64,000 nucleotides of DNA from an uncultured virus (IMG/VR IMGVR_UViG_3300035188_001343) (IMGVR_UViG_3300035188_001343); one strand, 5' to 3'; positions 19,100 to 30,189 are shown, counted from the stretch's first letter. The notes: generated by a model from the letters alone, not told the origin. Numbers and translations: made by a program.

Positions 19100-19546
19100 A
19101 TGTTTAGAGTAGTTTCAATTAATGGTACTATGAATGATATTTTTAATGAAGGGAGTTTTCTCGTTGAAGAAGCTTTCTTCTTCACTATTAAATCAACTTC
19201 ATATTACAATGTTTATAATAAAAGAGAAGAACTTATTGGTGTGATTCCTGATGGATACAACTTATTCTTTAAAGTTGAGGAACATGATAATTTTGAAGAA
19301 ATTGATATGTTTAATGTGCTCAGATTATTTGAAATGGGTGAAGAATTTCAAATTGTTGGAACTATTAGTAATAGTCAACAGGTTAAATTGATTTCAAGTA
19401 ATATTATTAAAGAATTTAGATTGGTCGATGATGATGTTATTAATATTCCATTTACTAATAAGGCATTTGATTCTGAGGGAATCATCGTATTCAAAAATAT
19501 GGTATCATTGGCTGAATCTATTAAATTAGAAAATGATTCACATTGA
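19100..19546 (+). CDS. hypothetical protein
   Basis: 148-aa ORF in the replication cluster. Confidence 0.6.
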   Translation: MFRVVSINGTMNDIFNEGSFLVEEAFFFTIKSTSYYNVYNKREELIGVIPDGYNLFFKVEEHDNFEEIDMFNVLRLFEMGEEFQIVGTISNSQQVKLISSNIIKEFRLVDDDVINIPFTNKAFDSEGIIVFKNMVSLAESIKLENDSH

Positions 19547-19584
19547 TTGTGTTATTAAAAAATTATATTGGTTGGTGATAAATA

Positions 19585-20172
19585 ATGGATATTTTTGAAA
19601 TAGCTCAGAAAGGTATGGAAATCCAAGAAGTTGAAAGGGTTGAAAAACTTAAAGAAGCGGCTGAAATAGAAAAAACTAAAGCGTACAAATTAGAAATTTT
19701 TGATGTTATTAGAGCTGCCGAAAATAAAGATTATGATTGGTTTAATCGTTTGGGTGAGAACCAAAAACATTTTCAACCGTTTATGTTAAATTTATGGTTG
19801 GGTATGTTGTGGAATGTAAAAAATACACAAAAAAAATTCAATAATAATGATATGATTTATGCTGAGTTGATTAAAAGTATAAATCATAATTTAAACAGAC
19901 ACGTATACAACACTCCAAAAGAATTATTTTGGTTATTAGCTTGTATAATTCAAGAGTATGACGCACCATTCGATGTAGATTATAAAAAATCATTAAAAAA
20001 AATATCAGGCGAAAAATATAATAAAAAGGTTATTGATTATATGTCTAAAGAATTATTATCTTCAAAAGAGAAAATTCTTGATATGATTGATATGGGTTTA
20101 ATAACCAATGAGGATATGATTGAAATTGAAAAAGATTTGGAAACTCTTGAAGATCAACGAAAAAAGAAGTAA
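19585..20172 (+). CDS. probable clamp-loader small subunit (gp62-like)
   Basis: LEIFDVIRAAENKDYDWF...FQPFMLNLWL...N pattern resembles gp62-family proteins; replication-gene context. Confidence 0.5.
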   Translation: MDIFEIAQKGMEIQEVERVEKLKEAAEIEKTKAYKLEIFDVIRAAENKDYDWFNRLGENQKHFQPFMLNLWLGMLWNVKNTQKKFNNNDMIYAELIKSINHNLNRHVYNTPKELFWLLACIIQEYDAPFDVDYKKSLKKISGEKYNKKVIDYMSKELLSSKEKILDMIDMGLITNEDMIEIEKDLETLEDQRKKK

Positions 20173-20208
20173 CACTTTTAATTTAAAAATCTAAAAAAGG
20201 AACATGTC

Positions 20209-20418
20209 ATGAAACTAAAATTTCGCAATCCATTGTTAAATAAAAACAAAAAACCATGTAAATTTACATGTCATAATCAATCAATCAGATCTAAAGGAGT
20301 AGTTATTACTTATTCAACGGAAGAAAGTTATGAACTTAGGAGTTGTACCTCCTGTGGTAGAAAATATACTGCTGTATTAACCCCTGTTGGCTTGATTGAA
20401 ACACAAAACAAATTTTAG
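20209..20418 (+). CDS. small zinc-ribbon protein
   Basis: CKFTC ... CTSCG; AAGGA RBS. Confidence 0.55.
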   Translation: MKLKFRNPLLNKNKKPCKFTCHNQSIRSKGVVITYSTEESYELRSCTSCGRKYTAVLTPVGLIETQNKF

Positions 20419-20426
20419 GATTTCTT

Positions 20427-20804
20427 ATGTTGAGTTTAATAGAAGAGTTTAAACAAGATGCAACAATTTTCATCTTGGTAAAAAATACAAAGGATTTTTT
20501 ATATGGTGAATACCACGTTGTAGATGTCAAATATCGAAGTATGAATAATCAGTATGCTAAATTAGCATTGAAAGTTGCACCTAAAAAACAAAGGTATTTT
20601 AAACCTACCTTTGAATTTGATGGGTTTCATATTGAATTTAAAAATCATTCAAATCAGGAATATTTAGTTTTTGAAACTTATGATGATTTAGTTCGAGAAT
20701 TTTGTAATATCTTAGATAAAAATGGTGATTATGATTCAAAGTTATTTAAAAAGTTTAAAAAACTGTATCCTCAATTTTTTAAATTTAAACATTATGATCT
20801 GTAA
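20427..20804 (+). CDS. hypothetical protein
   Basis: ORF with AGGA RBS. Confidence 0.6.
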   Translation: MLSLIEEFKQDATIFILVKNTKDFLYGEYHVVDVKYRSMNNQYAKLALKVAPKKQRYFKPTFEFDGFHIEFKNHSNQEYLVFETYDDLVREFCNILDKNGDYDSKLFKKFKKLYPQFFKFKHYDL

Positions 20805-20825
20805 AAACTGATAGGATAAGTTAAA

Positions 20826-21263
20826 ATGTCAATTACAATTTACACTGATGGCAGTTGTCGTGGAAACCCTGGACCAGGTGGTTGGGCTACATTGATAAAA
20901 AAAAGTAACGGTGGTGAAGAAAAAGTTTTACATGGTAGCAATGAAAAAACTACCAATAATGTGATGGAATTAACTGCCATCATTGAGGCTTTGCGAGAAA
21001 TTCAATTATCTACCGATACAACTTTACCCATAAAAATATATTCTGATAGCACTTATTGTGTTAAAGGGATTTCTGAATGGCTTCCAGGTTGGATAAAAAC
21101 CAATTTCAAAGGTAAAAAAAATGTGGATCTTTGGAAAGATTACATTTCCTGTTCAAAAGGCTTAAACATTACCGTTGAATGGGTTAAGGCACATAATGGT
21201 CATGAAGAAAATGAATTCGTTGATAGGTTAGCGTTTGAAGAAGCTAGTAGGTATTTTACATGA
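20826..21263 (+). CDS. rnhA: ribonuclease HI
   Basis: IYTDGSCRGNPGPGGW, TTNNVMELTA, SDSTY, WVKAHNGHEENEFVDRLA. Confidence 0.97.
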   Translation: MSITIYTDGSCRGNPGPGGWATLIKKSNGGEEKVLHGSNEKTTNNVMELTAIIEALREIQLSTDTTLPIKIYSDSTYCVKGISEWLPGWIKTNFKGKKNVDLWKDYISCSKGLNITVEWVKAHNGHEENEFVDRLAFEEASRYFT

Positions 21264-21419
21264 TCATCCGATATGGATTAGTAAAAATTGATTATAATTG
21301 GATTAATACTCGAGCATATTATATTTACTTAGAAACTAACGAAGATGATGATTTTAAAAATTGGTTACAGGCTCAGGAAGAATATTTCATTTTTGTTAAT
21401 ATGGATGAAGGAAGAATAA

Positions 21420-23159
21420 ATGGCTAACTATATTGATTTTGCTTATTTAGGTAAAACCGCAGACCCAACAGGCATTAGAGTGTGGGAACAAAATTATGAA
21501 ACAGGTAAAATTGATGAGAAAGATTATGACATAAAAGATTATTTGTATTTTTACATTGATGCTACTGACGAGAACAAAATTGAAAAAAATTTAATTTCTC
21601 AAAGGGGAACAAAAGTTAAAAAAGTGGTTGCAGATAACTTTAAAGTTCTTAGAAATGGTGAATCTGCGAAAATGTTTCATAGTTTAAATCTTAATACTTA
21701 TGAGTCTGATATTGAACCCTTACATAAGGTAATGTTGGATAATTATGGAAAAGATCATCAAAAAGCCACTAATTGGAATTTAGCTTTATATGATATTGAA
21801 ACGGATGTTCGTATGGAGGATTCTTTTATGGGTATGCGAGCAAATGCAGATCGAGAGATAAACGCTATTTCTGTGTGGTATTCGAAACCAAATAAATTTT
21901 ATAATTTTACCGTTGTACCACCTATGCTGCGAGATGAATGGGATTTTGATACTATTGAAACTCGTGGTAATTTTGAGATTATCTATTTTGATAATGAAGA
22001 AGAAATGCTGGAAACATTTTTCACAGTTACAAAAAAACATGAAACTATGGCATTAGGTGCGTGGAATGGGGATTTTTTCGATACCAAGTATATTTTTGAT
22101 AGATGCAAAAATATTTGGAAAGAAAAAGGTGCTGCAGAACGAATGGGGCGGTTTACAAAAGTTAAAAAAACTAAAATCATGTTGGGTGAAAAAGAAGAAA
22201 TTTTGGTTAGACCAATTGGTATGATTTGGTACGATTGTATGGAGGCTTATAAGAAAAATGGTCCAGAATTAGAATCGTTTGCTCTAAATGCTGTAGTTGA
22301 ACATGAAAATTTGGGAAGTAAGTTAGATTTTGAAGGGTCGTTTGAAACTTTATATCACGGAAGTAGAAAAGATAGAGATAGATTTTTAGAATTAACACCA
22401 AAGAAAAAAAGAAAAAATTTGATTAAAAAATCTAATGAGATTGGAAACTCGGTTATTTCTGATTTGGGGTTATATAGCGAATGTAAAGATATGTTGAAGA
22501 TGGATACAAGCATCGAAGAATATGAATTGGAAACTCGAATTCAAATAAGTATTACTGATAGATTGGAAGAGCTTCTCAAAATGAATGAAACCAAAGAAGA
22601 TTTAGGTGATATGTTTGAGGATTTTGAACGATTTGTAGTGTATAAAAAGTTAACAGATACTTATAGACTTTTTGTTGATTATTCTAATCAGGATAGTCAA
22701 CTTTTACATGATTTAGAAATGAAGTTGGAAAAATTTAAAACTCTTATGATGTTGGCACAGTATAATGTATCATCGTTTTATGATGTATTTTCTACACTCA
22801 AACAGGTTGAACAGGGTATTACTAATTTTGCTCATTTATATAATAATAAAGTTGTTATTGATCGAGAGTATGATAAGAAAAAACAGATTTATAATAAATT
22901 TGTTGATAAAGATTTGTTACAAATCAGAATCGACAATGATACTCGTATACAACCAAATGATAATCGGAAGATAAGAGAAATAAAAACTCTTTTGGAGCAA
23001 AAAAAAATACCTGGAGCCAACGTGCTTCAACCATACGTAGGATTGATTTCTTACAATGAGGCGGAAACACCACAGTTAGCAAGAGAATTCAAATCATTAA
23101 AAAATGAATTGCGAGAAATAGATGAACAGTTAAAACAATTTGAAATGGATGAAAATTAG
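21420..23159 (+). CDS. family B DNA polymerase, N-terminal and exonuclease fragment with C-terminal coiled-coil tail
   Basis: ExoI YDIETD, ExoII WNGDFFD, ExoIII YSNQD, PGANVLQP just before motif A; ends in a heptad tail; motifs A, B and C absent. Confidence 0.9.
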   Translation: MANYIDFAYLGKTADPTGIRVWEQNYETGKIDEKDYDIKDYLYFYIDATDENKIEKNLISQRGTKVKKVVADNFKVLRNGESAKMFHSLNLNTYESDIEPLHKVMLDNYGKDHQKATNWNLALYDIETDVRMEDSFMGMRANADREINAISVWYSKPNKFYNFTVVPPMLRDEWDFDTIETRGNFEIIYFDNEEEMLETFFTVTKKHETMALGAWNGDFFDTKYIFDRCKNIWKEKGAAERMGRFTKVKKTKIMLGEKEEILVRPIGMIWYDCMEAYKKNGPELESFALNAVVEHENLGSKLDFEGSFETLYHGSRKDRDRFLELTPKKKRKNLIKKSNEIGNSVISDLGLYSECKDMLKMDTSIEEYELETRIQISITDRLEELLKMNETKEDLGDMFEDFERFVVYKKLTDTYRLFVDYSNQDSQLLHDLEMKLEKFKTLMMLAQYNVSSFYDVFSTLKQVEQGITNFAHLYNNKVVIDREYDKKKQIYNKFVDKDLLQIRIDNDTRIQPNDNRKIREIKTLLEQKKIPGANVLQPYVGLISYNEAETPQLAREFKSLKNELREIDEQLKQFEMDEN

Positions 23160-24391
23160 ATTCTCTCTTTAATTAGATTCACACATTTTTCTACCATCTG
23201 TTCTATATTTTCTTTTGTTTCATAATCCCAAATTTCGATTACAGTGAACCCTTTTTTTTCAGCAGATGCTAATTTTAATCTGTCCAATTCAAATTTTTCA
23301 TCTGCTGATTTTCCTGTCCAAGGACATCTCCATCGTTCCCATTGCTCAGTTGTTAATTTTTCTTTTGATGGGTGTACATGACTTCCATTATATTCAAAAA
23401 TTAATTTTAGTGGTAAAATAGTATAATCGAATGAATGCAGTTTTGTACCTTCTTCAATTTTGTATTCACAAGAGTTTTCAACGCCGTAAAAAATATCAGA
23501 AAAATCAATACCGTGTGCAAGTGAAAAATCAGTTAAATGTTTAAAAAATGCCAATGATTCTTTGGAAGCAATATAACCTGCATTGCTGTTTTTGTATTTT
23601 TTCCATCTGGTCAACCCTTCTTCATATCCATGAACTCTGATGAAATTCTCTTTAGTATTTGCAGATCGTTTACAAAATAGGTTGTATTTCTTTTCACCTA
23701 ATTCTGTACCATACCGGGAAATGAAATTCTCCTTACTTAATTTAGATTTTTCTTTAAATTCTACCCATTTTTGTTTTCCCAATTCTTCTCCATGCCGAAG
23801 TTTAAAATTTTCTTCGGATAGCATGCACTTTTTTTTCCATGATTTGTATTTCTTTTCACCCAATTCAACACCATGACGTTTTTGCATTTTTTCTAAAGTT
23901 TGTCCACCTCTTGTAGAAATTGCCTTGGTAAACAATTTCAACCCTTCATCATTTCCATATTTCTTAGTGAATTTTTCTAAGGTAAGCACTTTTTTTGAAT
24001 TCATTTCAGTGTATCTTCTAGATCCTTCTTCCAATCCATATTTTTCTACTTGTCCCTCTAACGTGTTACCAATACCTTTTTTTCTGTTATTATCAAGATA
24101 TTTTTTTAAACCTATCTCGTCACCATACTTTAACCTAAAATAATGTTCAGTGTTAGATTTAGTCTTTAGAAATTTTTTAAATCGGACTACTAAATTTTCT
24201 TCTAGGGTAGTGGTAGATATTAGCATACAATGAAACGAATATCTTTGTTCTTGTGTTAAATTTCCTCCCAATACTAAGTTGACGTCTTTTAATCTTTCAA
24301 TCCCAATGTTTTCAAAAGTAATCCCATTCTCCTTAAAAAACTTATTGGTGAACGCTCTTTTCGTTTTTAAATTTAATTCTGAATATTTCAT
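23156..24391 (-). CDS. free-standing Vsr-like (homing) endonuclease
   Basis: KYGxExG repeats; FDY...FEYNGSHVH...GFTVIEIWD; paralogue of 5274-6437; abuts the polymerase break point. Confidence 0.8.
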   Translation of the reverse strand: MKYSELNLKTKRAFTNKFFKENGITFENIGIERLKDVNLVLGGNLTQEQRYSFHCMLISTTTLEENLVVRFKKFLKTKSNTEHYFRLKYGDEIGLKKYLDNNRKKGIGNTLEGQVEKYGLEEGSRRYTEMNSKKVLTLEKFTKKYGNDEGLKLFTKAISTRGGQTLEKMQKRHGVELGEKKYKSWKKKCMLSEENFKLRHGEELGKQKWVEFKEKSKLSKENFISRYGTELGEKKYNLFCKRSANTKENFIRVHGYEEGLTRWKKYKNSNAGYIASKESLAFFKHLTDFSLAHGIDFSDIFYGVENSCEYKIEEGTKLHSFDYTILPLKLIFEYNGSHVHPSKEKLTTEQWERWRCPWTGKSADEKFELDRLKLASAEKKGFTVIEIWDYETKENIEQMVEKCVNLIKERI

Positions 24392-24461
24392 GTTAACCGA
24401 TTATTATTGTATAATTTAAATATATTATTATACAAATTTATGTATTTGAAGGTGTTTTCTT

Positions 24462-25439
24462 ATGAAAATGAAAAAAAGTGTTGATATAATTATAGCAGAA
24501 ATGTTTGATAATTACGATATTAACGCAGATGATGATGCAAAAGATGATTTTTGGCATGAATTAACCGATGAAGAACAATATATGGTTAATAGTCGAGTAC
24601 AATTAGAAAATGGGAATCCCAAATATGACTATCTTTCATGTTCAGAACCAGGTAGATTCGATAATAATGAAGTTGTTACCGATTATGAAACTTTATATGA
24701 GGTTGACTATAAATGGTGGGAATTTCAGAAAAAATGTAGATGGGATGGCATTGAGGAAATGAAAGGTCATATGAATGCAAATGATACTGAATATTATTCC
24801 CCACAAAAAGTTTCGGAAGTTATTAACGCATTTAACGATGATTATGATGGAGGTTATACTATTTACCTTACTGGCGATTGGTATCGGTTGATTGAAAATG
24901 GTAAACTTTTATATTCACAATTTATTTCCGCCAGATGGTATTTGTATTATGAACTTGAAAATTTATTGGATACTTTGGGTGATGAAAATATTCCTTATTC
25001 TTACAAAGATAGTGATGATAAATTGATGTTTATCAATGAACCCGATGCTGCTAAGAAATATGATGCCCAAGGAAGGGAATATGAGTTGGAAAGTTTTAAT
25101 TGCGAAATTATGAAATATCAACATGATGAAATGATTGATAAAATTGATGTGGTTGTTGATAAGTATAAGTGTAAATTTAGTGGAAAAGTATTTAGAACTC
25201 AACGTGATGAGACTATTGTCAATGATTGTGATGATTTTGTTGATTTTATTTTTTATGATGAACAGTCGTTAAAAAATGTTTCTCCAAAGAATTTTTTAAA
25301 AACATTTAAACAAAATCAGGAAGAATTTTCCGAATTTGCATTGTTATTTTCTGAATTGGTGAAAATAGTTACTGATGATTTTTATAGAATATATGATGCA
25401 AATAAACTTAAATACAGTGACACCATTAGTTATTCTTAA
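24462..25439 (+). CDS. hypothetical acidic protein
   Basis: 325-aa ORF; no motif recognised. Confidence 0.7.
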   Translation: MKMKKSVDIIIAEMFDNYDINADDDAKDDFWHELTDEEQYMVNSRVQLENGNPKYDYLSCSEPGRFDNNEVVTDYETLYEVDYKWWEFQKKCRWDGIEEMKGHMNANDTEYYSPQKVSEVINAFNDDYDGGYTIYLTGDWYRLIENGKLLYSQFISARWYLYYELENLLDTLGDENIPYSYKDSDDKLMFINEPDAAKKYDAQGREYELESFNCEIMKYQHDEMIDKIDVVVDKYKCKFSGKVFRTQRDETIVNDCDDFVDFIFYDEQSLKNVSPKNFLKTFKQNQEEFSEFALLFSELVKIVTDDFYRIYDANKLKYSDTISYS

Positions 25440-25466
25440 AATTACTACCTTTGTTGGGGTTATATT

Positions 25467-26177
25467 ATGCTTAGTGAATTTTGTGAATTGATTGCAGCAG
25501 AAAATGTCGATGAATTAAAATTTAAAATGATCGAAATTGGAGCACATTATAATATCATAGTAACATTTGAAGATTTTCGTGATGAATACTACAATTGGTC
25601 TACATACTCAAACATTATTGTTGTTGGGCATTATGATAACTTAGATATGATGATTGCATCATTTTTTCATGAATTAGGTCACCACACATCTAAATTTGAT
25701 AAAAATGGATATAAAAAATTGAAATTTCACCAAGAATTAGATGCATGGAATGCAGGATTAATTATTGGGCATGCTAATGGTTATTATATAAAACCTGATA
25801 CTTATCGAAAATGTATGGATAAAATGTTGTATTCTTATATCCCCTATGACATTAGAGAATATTCGGGATTTTATCAATCACCAGCAGCAAATTATTTTTA
25901 TGGTGAAAATAATATAAAATTTTGGACTTATTATAATAATATTTTTTCTTTTAACATTAACGATAATAATTTAATTACATCAATATTTGAAAACCGAAAG
26001 TTTATAACTGAAAATAAAAATATGTTTGAAATTGATAATCATCTAAAGCAAAATATTATGCGAGCAGATAAAAAGTTATTTACTATTTACACACAGTACA
26101 ATGTCCCAGAATATCATGAGAATAAAAATTTTATGATACTTAGAGATACTGTAGGGTTATTATCTTTTAATGTTTAA
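25467..26177 (+). CDS. HExxH zincin-like protein
   Basis: FFHELGH ... QELDAW. Confidence 0.6.
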   Translation: MLSEFCELIAAENVDELKFKMIEIGAHYNIIVTFEDFRDEYYNWSTYSNIIVVGHYDNLDMMIASFFHELGHHTSKFDKNGYKKLKFHQELDAWNAGLIIGHANGYYIKPDTYRKCMDKMLYSYIPYDIREYSGFYQSPAANYFYGENNIKFWTYYNNIFSFNINDNNLITSIFENRKFITENKNMFEIDNHLKQNIMRADKKLFTIYTQYNVPEYHENKNFMILRDTVGLLSFNV

Positions 26178-26215
26178 ACAATACTATTACTTTCACATAT
26201 TTTAATGAGGAAAAA

Positions 26216-26692
26216 ATGAATACTTTCAAATTAGAATTGAATATCGTTTATCCAAATTCAGATGAATTTAATGAACACACATTAAATGCCAGAATTTTTG
26301 TTGATGGTGAAGAACTTTCTACTGAATTTGTTTCACTGTATGATTTGTTTAACAGTTTAAAAAAACCAGGTGAACATTTTATTTATAATTGTTCGTGCTG
26401 TGTGCCGGGTTGTGCTAGAATTGCTAATGGTGTTATGGTTAAACATAAATTGTATAAAATTCGATGGAAAACAAGGTTGCCGGCATCATATACAGGATTC
26501 AAAAATTACCATGTTTATTTAAAAAAGGTAAAGAATAGAACATTTGAATTTGATAAACATCAAATGATAACAGCAATTAAAGATGAATGCTATAAATTTT
26601 TAGAAATCATTCCACCTGATATTATCTTTGATGAATTTGACGATAATTCTACATTCATCACTGAAAAATTTGAAACATTGAAAAGTATCTGA
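26216..26692 (+). CDS. hypothetical protein with CSCCxxGC motif
   Basis: GAGG RBS; IYNCSCCVPGC. Confidence 0.6.
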   Translation: MNTFKLELNIVYPNSDEFNEHTLNARIFVDGEELSTEFVSLYDLFNSLKKPGEHFIYNCSCCVPGCARIANGVMVKHKLYKIRWKTRLPASYTGFKNYHVYLKKVKNRTFEFDKHQMITAIKDECYKFLEIIPPDIIFDEFDDNSTFITEKFETLKSI

Positions 26693-26891
26693 GTAAATTA
26701 TAAATATGAAAAAAGATCCAAATACATACTGTATTAACTATGAAGAAAATATTGGTTGGGAACTTTTACATGATTTGGTTGCTCATCCATTAATGGCACT
26801 AACCTTATATAAATCGAAATTAGTGATTTCCTTTCACGATTTTACATCTTCTAAAGCCTGGATTAGAAAAAACTAACACGAGTAAAAAAAT

Positions 26892-27806
26892 ATGACTGAA
26901 TTATTAATTAAATTGCGTGAGTTAAGAAATTTTGATCCTGACAATTATATTGATTTGAAAACGAAACAAATCAACGAATTTTTCAAAATTAACAACTTGG
27001 ACTCTGTAATCTTAGGAATATCTGGTGGTATTGATTCGGCAACCACATTAGCGTTGTTAATGCGTTCAGCTAACATAGTTGGTTCACCAATAAAAAAAGT
27101 AGTTGCTATTTCTATGCCTATTTTTTGTAGTGGGACGACTGGTCAAGTTGATGCAATAAACATTGCACTCGATGATATTGAAAAATATAAATCTGATAAA
27201 AAATTTAAAATACAAGTTGATGATTTGTCAAAAGCACATTCTGCTTTTTTAGAACAGCGAAAAGGCGAATCTACACCATTTTCATCTGGGCAATTGGCAT
27301 CTATTGTTAGAACACCACATTTGTATTTTAACGCTGCTATTTTACAAACTGAAGGATACAAATCTCTTGTTTGTGGAACTACAAATCGAGATGAAAGTTA
27401 TCTTATTGGTTTTTATGGAAAAGCATCCGATGCGATGGTTGATTTACAACCTATATTTGATATTCACAAAAGTGAGGTATATCAAATTGCAAAAAAAATG
27501 AATGTTTCCAATGAAATAGTGGAACGTCAACCAATGGGTGATGTTTTTGATGGAAAAACGGATATTGAGATGATTGGAGCATCATATGATTCTATCGAAT
27601 TGGCTGCACATATTAATGAATATCATTTGTTTATCAATGATAATGTGTATCTTAGTGAACTAAGAAACACATTTACTGAGTCCGCAGAATATAAAAATAT
27701 TTTTAAATTACACCATATTAATAGTCATAAATATAAAGTGGGATTACCATTTCATATTTTAAGTGTTTTTAAACAACATGATCGATGGGAAGATTTTAAT
27801 CAATGA
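26892..27806 (+). CDS. nadE: NH3-dependent NAD+ synthetase
   Basis: PP-loop LGISGGIDS, GTTNRDE, GFYGKASD, PIFDIHKSEVYQIAK, TDIEMIGASY, HK. Confidence 0.9.
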   Translation: MTELLIKLRELRNFDPDNYIDLKTKQINEFFKINNLDSVILGISGGIDSATTLALLMRSANIVGSPIKKVVAISMPIFCSGTTGQVDAINIALDDIEKYKSDKKFKIQVDDLSKAHSAFLEQRKGESTPFSSGQLASIVRTPHLYFNAAILQTEGYKSLVCGTTNRDESYLIGFYGKASDAMVDLQPIFDIHKSEVYQIAKKMNVSNEIVERQPMGDVFDGKTDIEMIGASYDSIELAAHINEYHLFINDNVYLSELRNTFTESAEYKNIFKLHHINSHKYKVGLPFHILSVFKQHDRWEDFNQ

Positions 27807-28573
27807 ATAAAATTCCAAACCACATTACTCCTACGTCTAATTGTATTCCTGGATTTTGGGAAGTACCAAAAACTGAATTGAAACTTAAATCTCACAATGT
27901 TGTTAAAACAGAAATAATGACACACGTTAAATCGTTAGAAGGAATACTTGATGATGACTCATGTGATGCTATCATTTCTTTATTTAATTCATCAAAAATA
28001 GAATCTGCTGTATCGGTTTCTGGTTTAATGAACGATAGTTATGGTGTGGGTTCAATTAGAACTACTGGTTGGTCATTAGATATTGCAAATGAATTAACAA
28101 AATTAATTATTCCACATTTAGAAATAAAAATGTGTGATGATTTAACCCCAACAGATTGGTGGCAAAATGATGGTGGTAAACTTTGGAAACCTCATTCTGT
28201 GTCACCACTTTTAAGATTTATGCGTTATAATAAAGATAGTGAGCATTATGCACATTATGATACAGGTTATATATACGATTCAAATTTTAGAACATTAAAA
28301 TCGATGGTTATTTATTTGACGAATAATAAAATCGGTGCTACTAGATTCATCGAGGATTATCAGCAGAATATTCCCATACAGTTTAGACATCATCATGATT
28401 GGCATTCAAGAGTAGATAAATCTGAAATAATTGCTTCATGCTATCCAGAAAAAGGTAAAGTGCTGTTATTCGATCATAGGTTATGTCATGATGTTGAAAA
28501 GTATGATGGCATGGAATCATCTGGAAGAATTATTATACGTGGTGATATAATTTATGAACGATTGGAAAATTGA
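27803..28573 (+). CDS. 2-oxoglutarate/Fe(II)-dependent oxygenase
   Basis: RFMRY, HYD, VIYL, GATRF, LLFDH.LCHD, RIIIRGD. Confidence 0.85.
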   Translation: MNKIPNHITPTSNCIPGFWEVPKTELKLKSHNVVKTEIMTHVKSLEGILDDDSCDAIISLFNSSKIESAVSVSGLMNDSYGVGSIRTTGWSLDIANELTKLIIPHLEIKMCDDLTPTDWWQNDGGKLWKPHSVSPLLRFMRYNKDSEHYAHYDTGYIYDSNFRTLKSMVIYLTNNKIGATRFIEDYQQNIPIQFRHHHDWHSRVDKSEIIASCYPEKGKVLLFDHRLCHDVEKYDGMESSGRIIIRGDIIYERLEN

Positions 28574-29957
28574 TACAGATCCATATTATAGTGAGTTACA
28601 TAAAACTTTTGGTAAACAATATATTTTTGATGCTGGATTTTTTCATGATTGTTATGAAAAACCATTAGACCTTCATGAAACTTTAAAAATATTATGTACA
28701 CCAATCAAACATATAAAAACTCCCAAAACTAAAAAACACTGCATTTTACTTACGAGTGGTGCAATGGATCCAATACATCTTGGTCATATTGACATGATGC
28801 TTTCAGCAAAAATTAGATTAGAGCAAGATGGATATGAGGTATTGGGTGGTTATATTTGTCCGGCACATGATTCTTACGTATCATCAAAAAATGATGATGC
28901 TTACCCAATTCATATTAGAGTAAGATTAATTTCCGAGTTTATAGAGGCGTATAAACAAACGAATTGGTTATCGGTTGATCCCTGGAGTGGTATTTTTACT
29001 AAAGGTGATATAAATTTTACATTGATGTTAGAACGATTAAAACTATACATTGCAAAATATTTAAATCTTGAAACTGAAATAATTTATGTATGTGGTGAGG
29101 ATCGAGCTACATTTTCTGAAACTTTTCGTTTAAAAGGTAAATGTGTTGTTGTGGGTAGAGGGGAAAATACAAGCAATTTTAATGAAACTGATTATGCTTT
29201 ATTTGCGAGCTGTGACAACAACAGAACATCATCTAAAATAAGTAAAATTCAATCATTAAAAAAACGAGATGTAATAATTCGAGATGATAAAACTTTCAGT
29301 GTTGCACAATTCAATAATGTGTTTAGTAAATATTTCAACAGTATAACGTTTAAAGATTTTGATGAACAAAAAAACCGATTTTTTCAATTAGATCAAGAAA
29401 AAATTATTAGTATAGATTCCATGTTAAAAAGTAAATACTATGTAACCATATCAAGATTATATGATTTTTTTGGTTGTACTCAACATGGATATTTGGTTAA
29501 ATCTATGAATTTACCAGTAAACGTGGATAAGGCATATACTTTAGTAGACGATGATTGTGTTTCTGGAAGAACTATGGATACCGTCAAAGTATTGTTATCA
29601 CATCACAAAATCTGTGTTAACGACACTTTTATTTTTACGGAAGAAAAAAATAATATCGAAATTTTAGATATGCGTGATTTTGTTTTATTTGGAGAAAATA
29701 GTGGTTTAGTTGCAGGTGATGATTTAAGATTACCATATATTTATCCATTTGTTGATCCCTTTACGCGTTGTTCTGTAATCGATCCTTTAAATTTTTCTTT
29801 AGATATATGGTTGATTAACAAAGCCTTTATATCTAACATTGGAATAAATAAAATACCACAGTTTAATTTATTTTCAATGCTTGGATTTGATAGTCAAATA
29901 ACAACTCATGAAATTTGCGATTATTACATTCGACTGTTGAGAGAATTAAAAGCGTGA
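28554..29957 (+). CDS. NadD/NMNAT-like HxGH nucleotidyltransferase fused to a type I phosphoribosyltransferase-like domain
   Basis: SGAMDPIHLGH, GYICPAHDSYV, YVCGED; C-terminal LVDDDCVSGRT PRPP-binding loop. Confidence 0.8.
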   Translation: MNDWKIDTDPYYSELHKTFGKQYIFDAGFFHDCYEKPLDLHETLKILCTPIKHIKTPKTKKHCILLTSGAMDPIHLGHIDMMLSAKIRLEQDGYEVLGGYICPAHDSYVSSKNDDAYPIHIRVRLISEFIEAYKQTNWLSVDPWSGIFTKGDINFTLMLERLKLYIAKYLNLETEIIYVCGEDRATFSETFRLKGKCVVVGRGENTSNFNETDYALFASCDNNRTSSKISKIQSLKKRDVIIRDDKTFSVAQFNNVFSKYFNSITFKDFDEQKNRFFQLDQEKIISIDSMLKSKYYVTISRLYDFFGCTQHGYLVKSMNLPVNVDKAYTLVDDDCVSGRTMDTVKVLLSHHKICVNDTFIFTEEKNNIEILDMRDFVLFGENSGLVAGDDLRLPYIYPFVDPFTRCSVIDPLNFSLDIWLINKAFISNIGINKIPQFNLFSMLGFDSQITTHEICDYYIRLLRELKA

Positions 29958-29985
29958 TGATAATACAATTAATTAAGGGTGAAAA

Positions 29986-30189
29986 ATGTACGATTACAGA
30001 AACATGAATGATGCTAGTGATTTATACTATGTATTCGAAAATGGTTTTAATTCACGGGAAACATATATAGTTGAAAATTTAACAATTCAACAAAGTAAAT
30101 TAGTTTGTGAGGAATTAAATAAATTGAGAATATTAACGGTTCAATACACGGATTTGCTTGACAAAATATACAGTAACATACGAAAGTAA
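29986..30189 (+). CDS. hypothetical protein
   Basis: Short ORF with AAGGG RBS. Confidence 0.5.
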   Translation: MYDYRNMNDASDLYYVFENGFNSRETYIVENLTIQQSKLVCEELNKLRILTVQYTDLLDKIYSNIRK

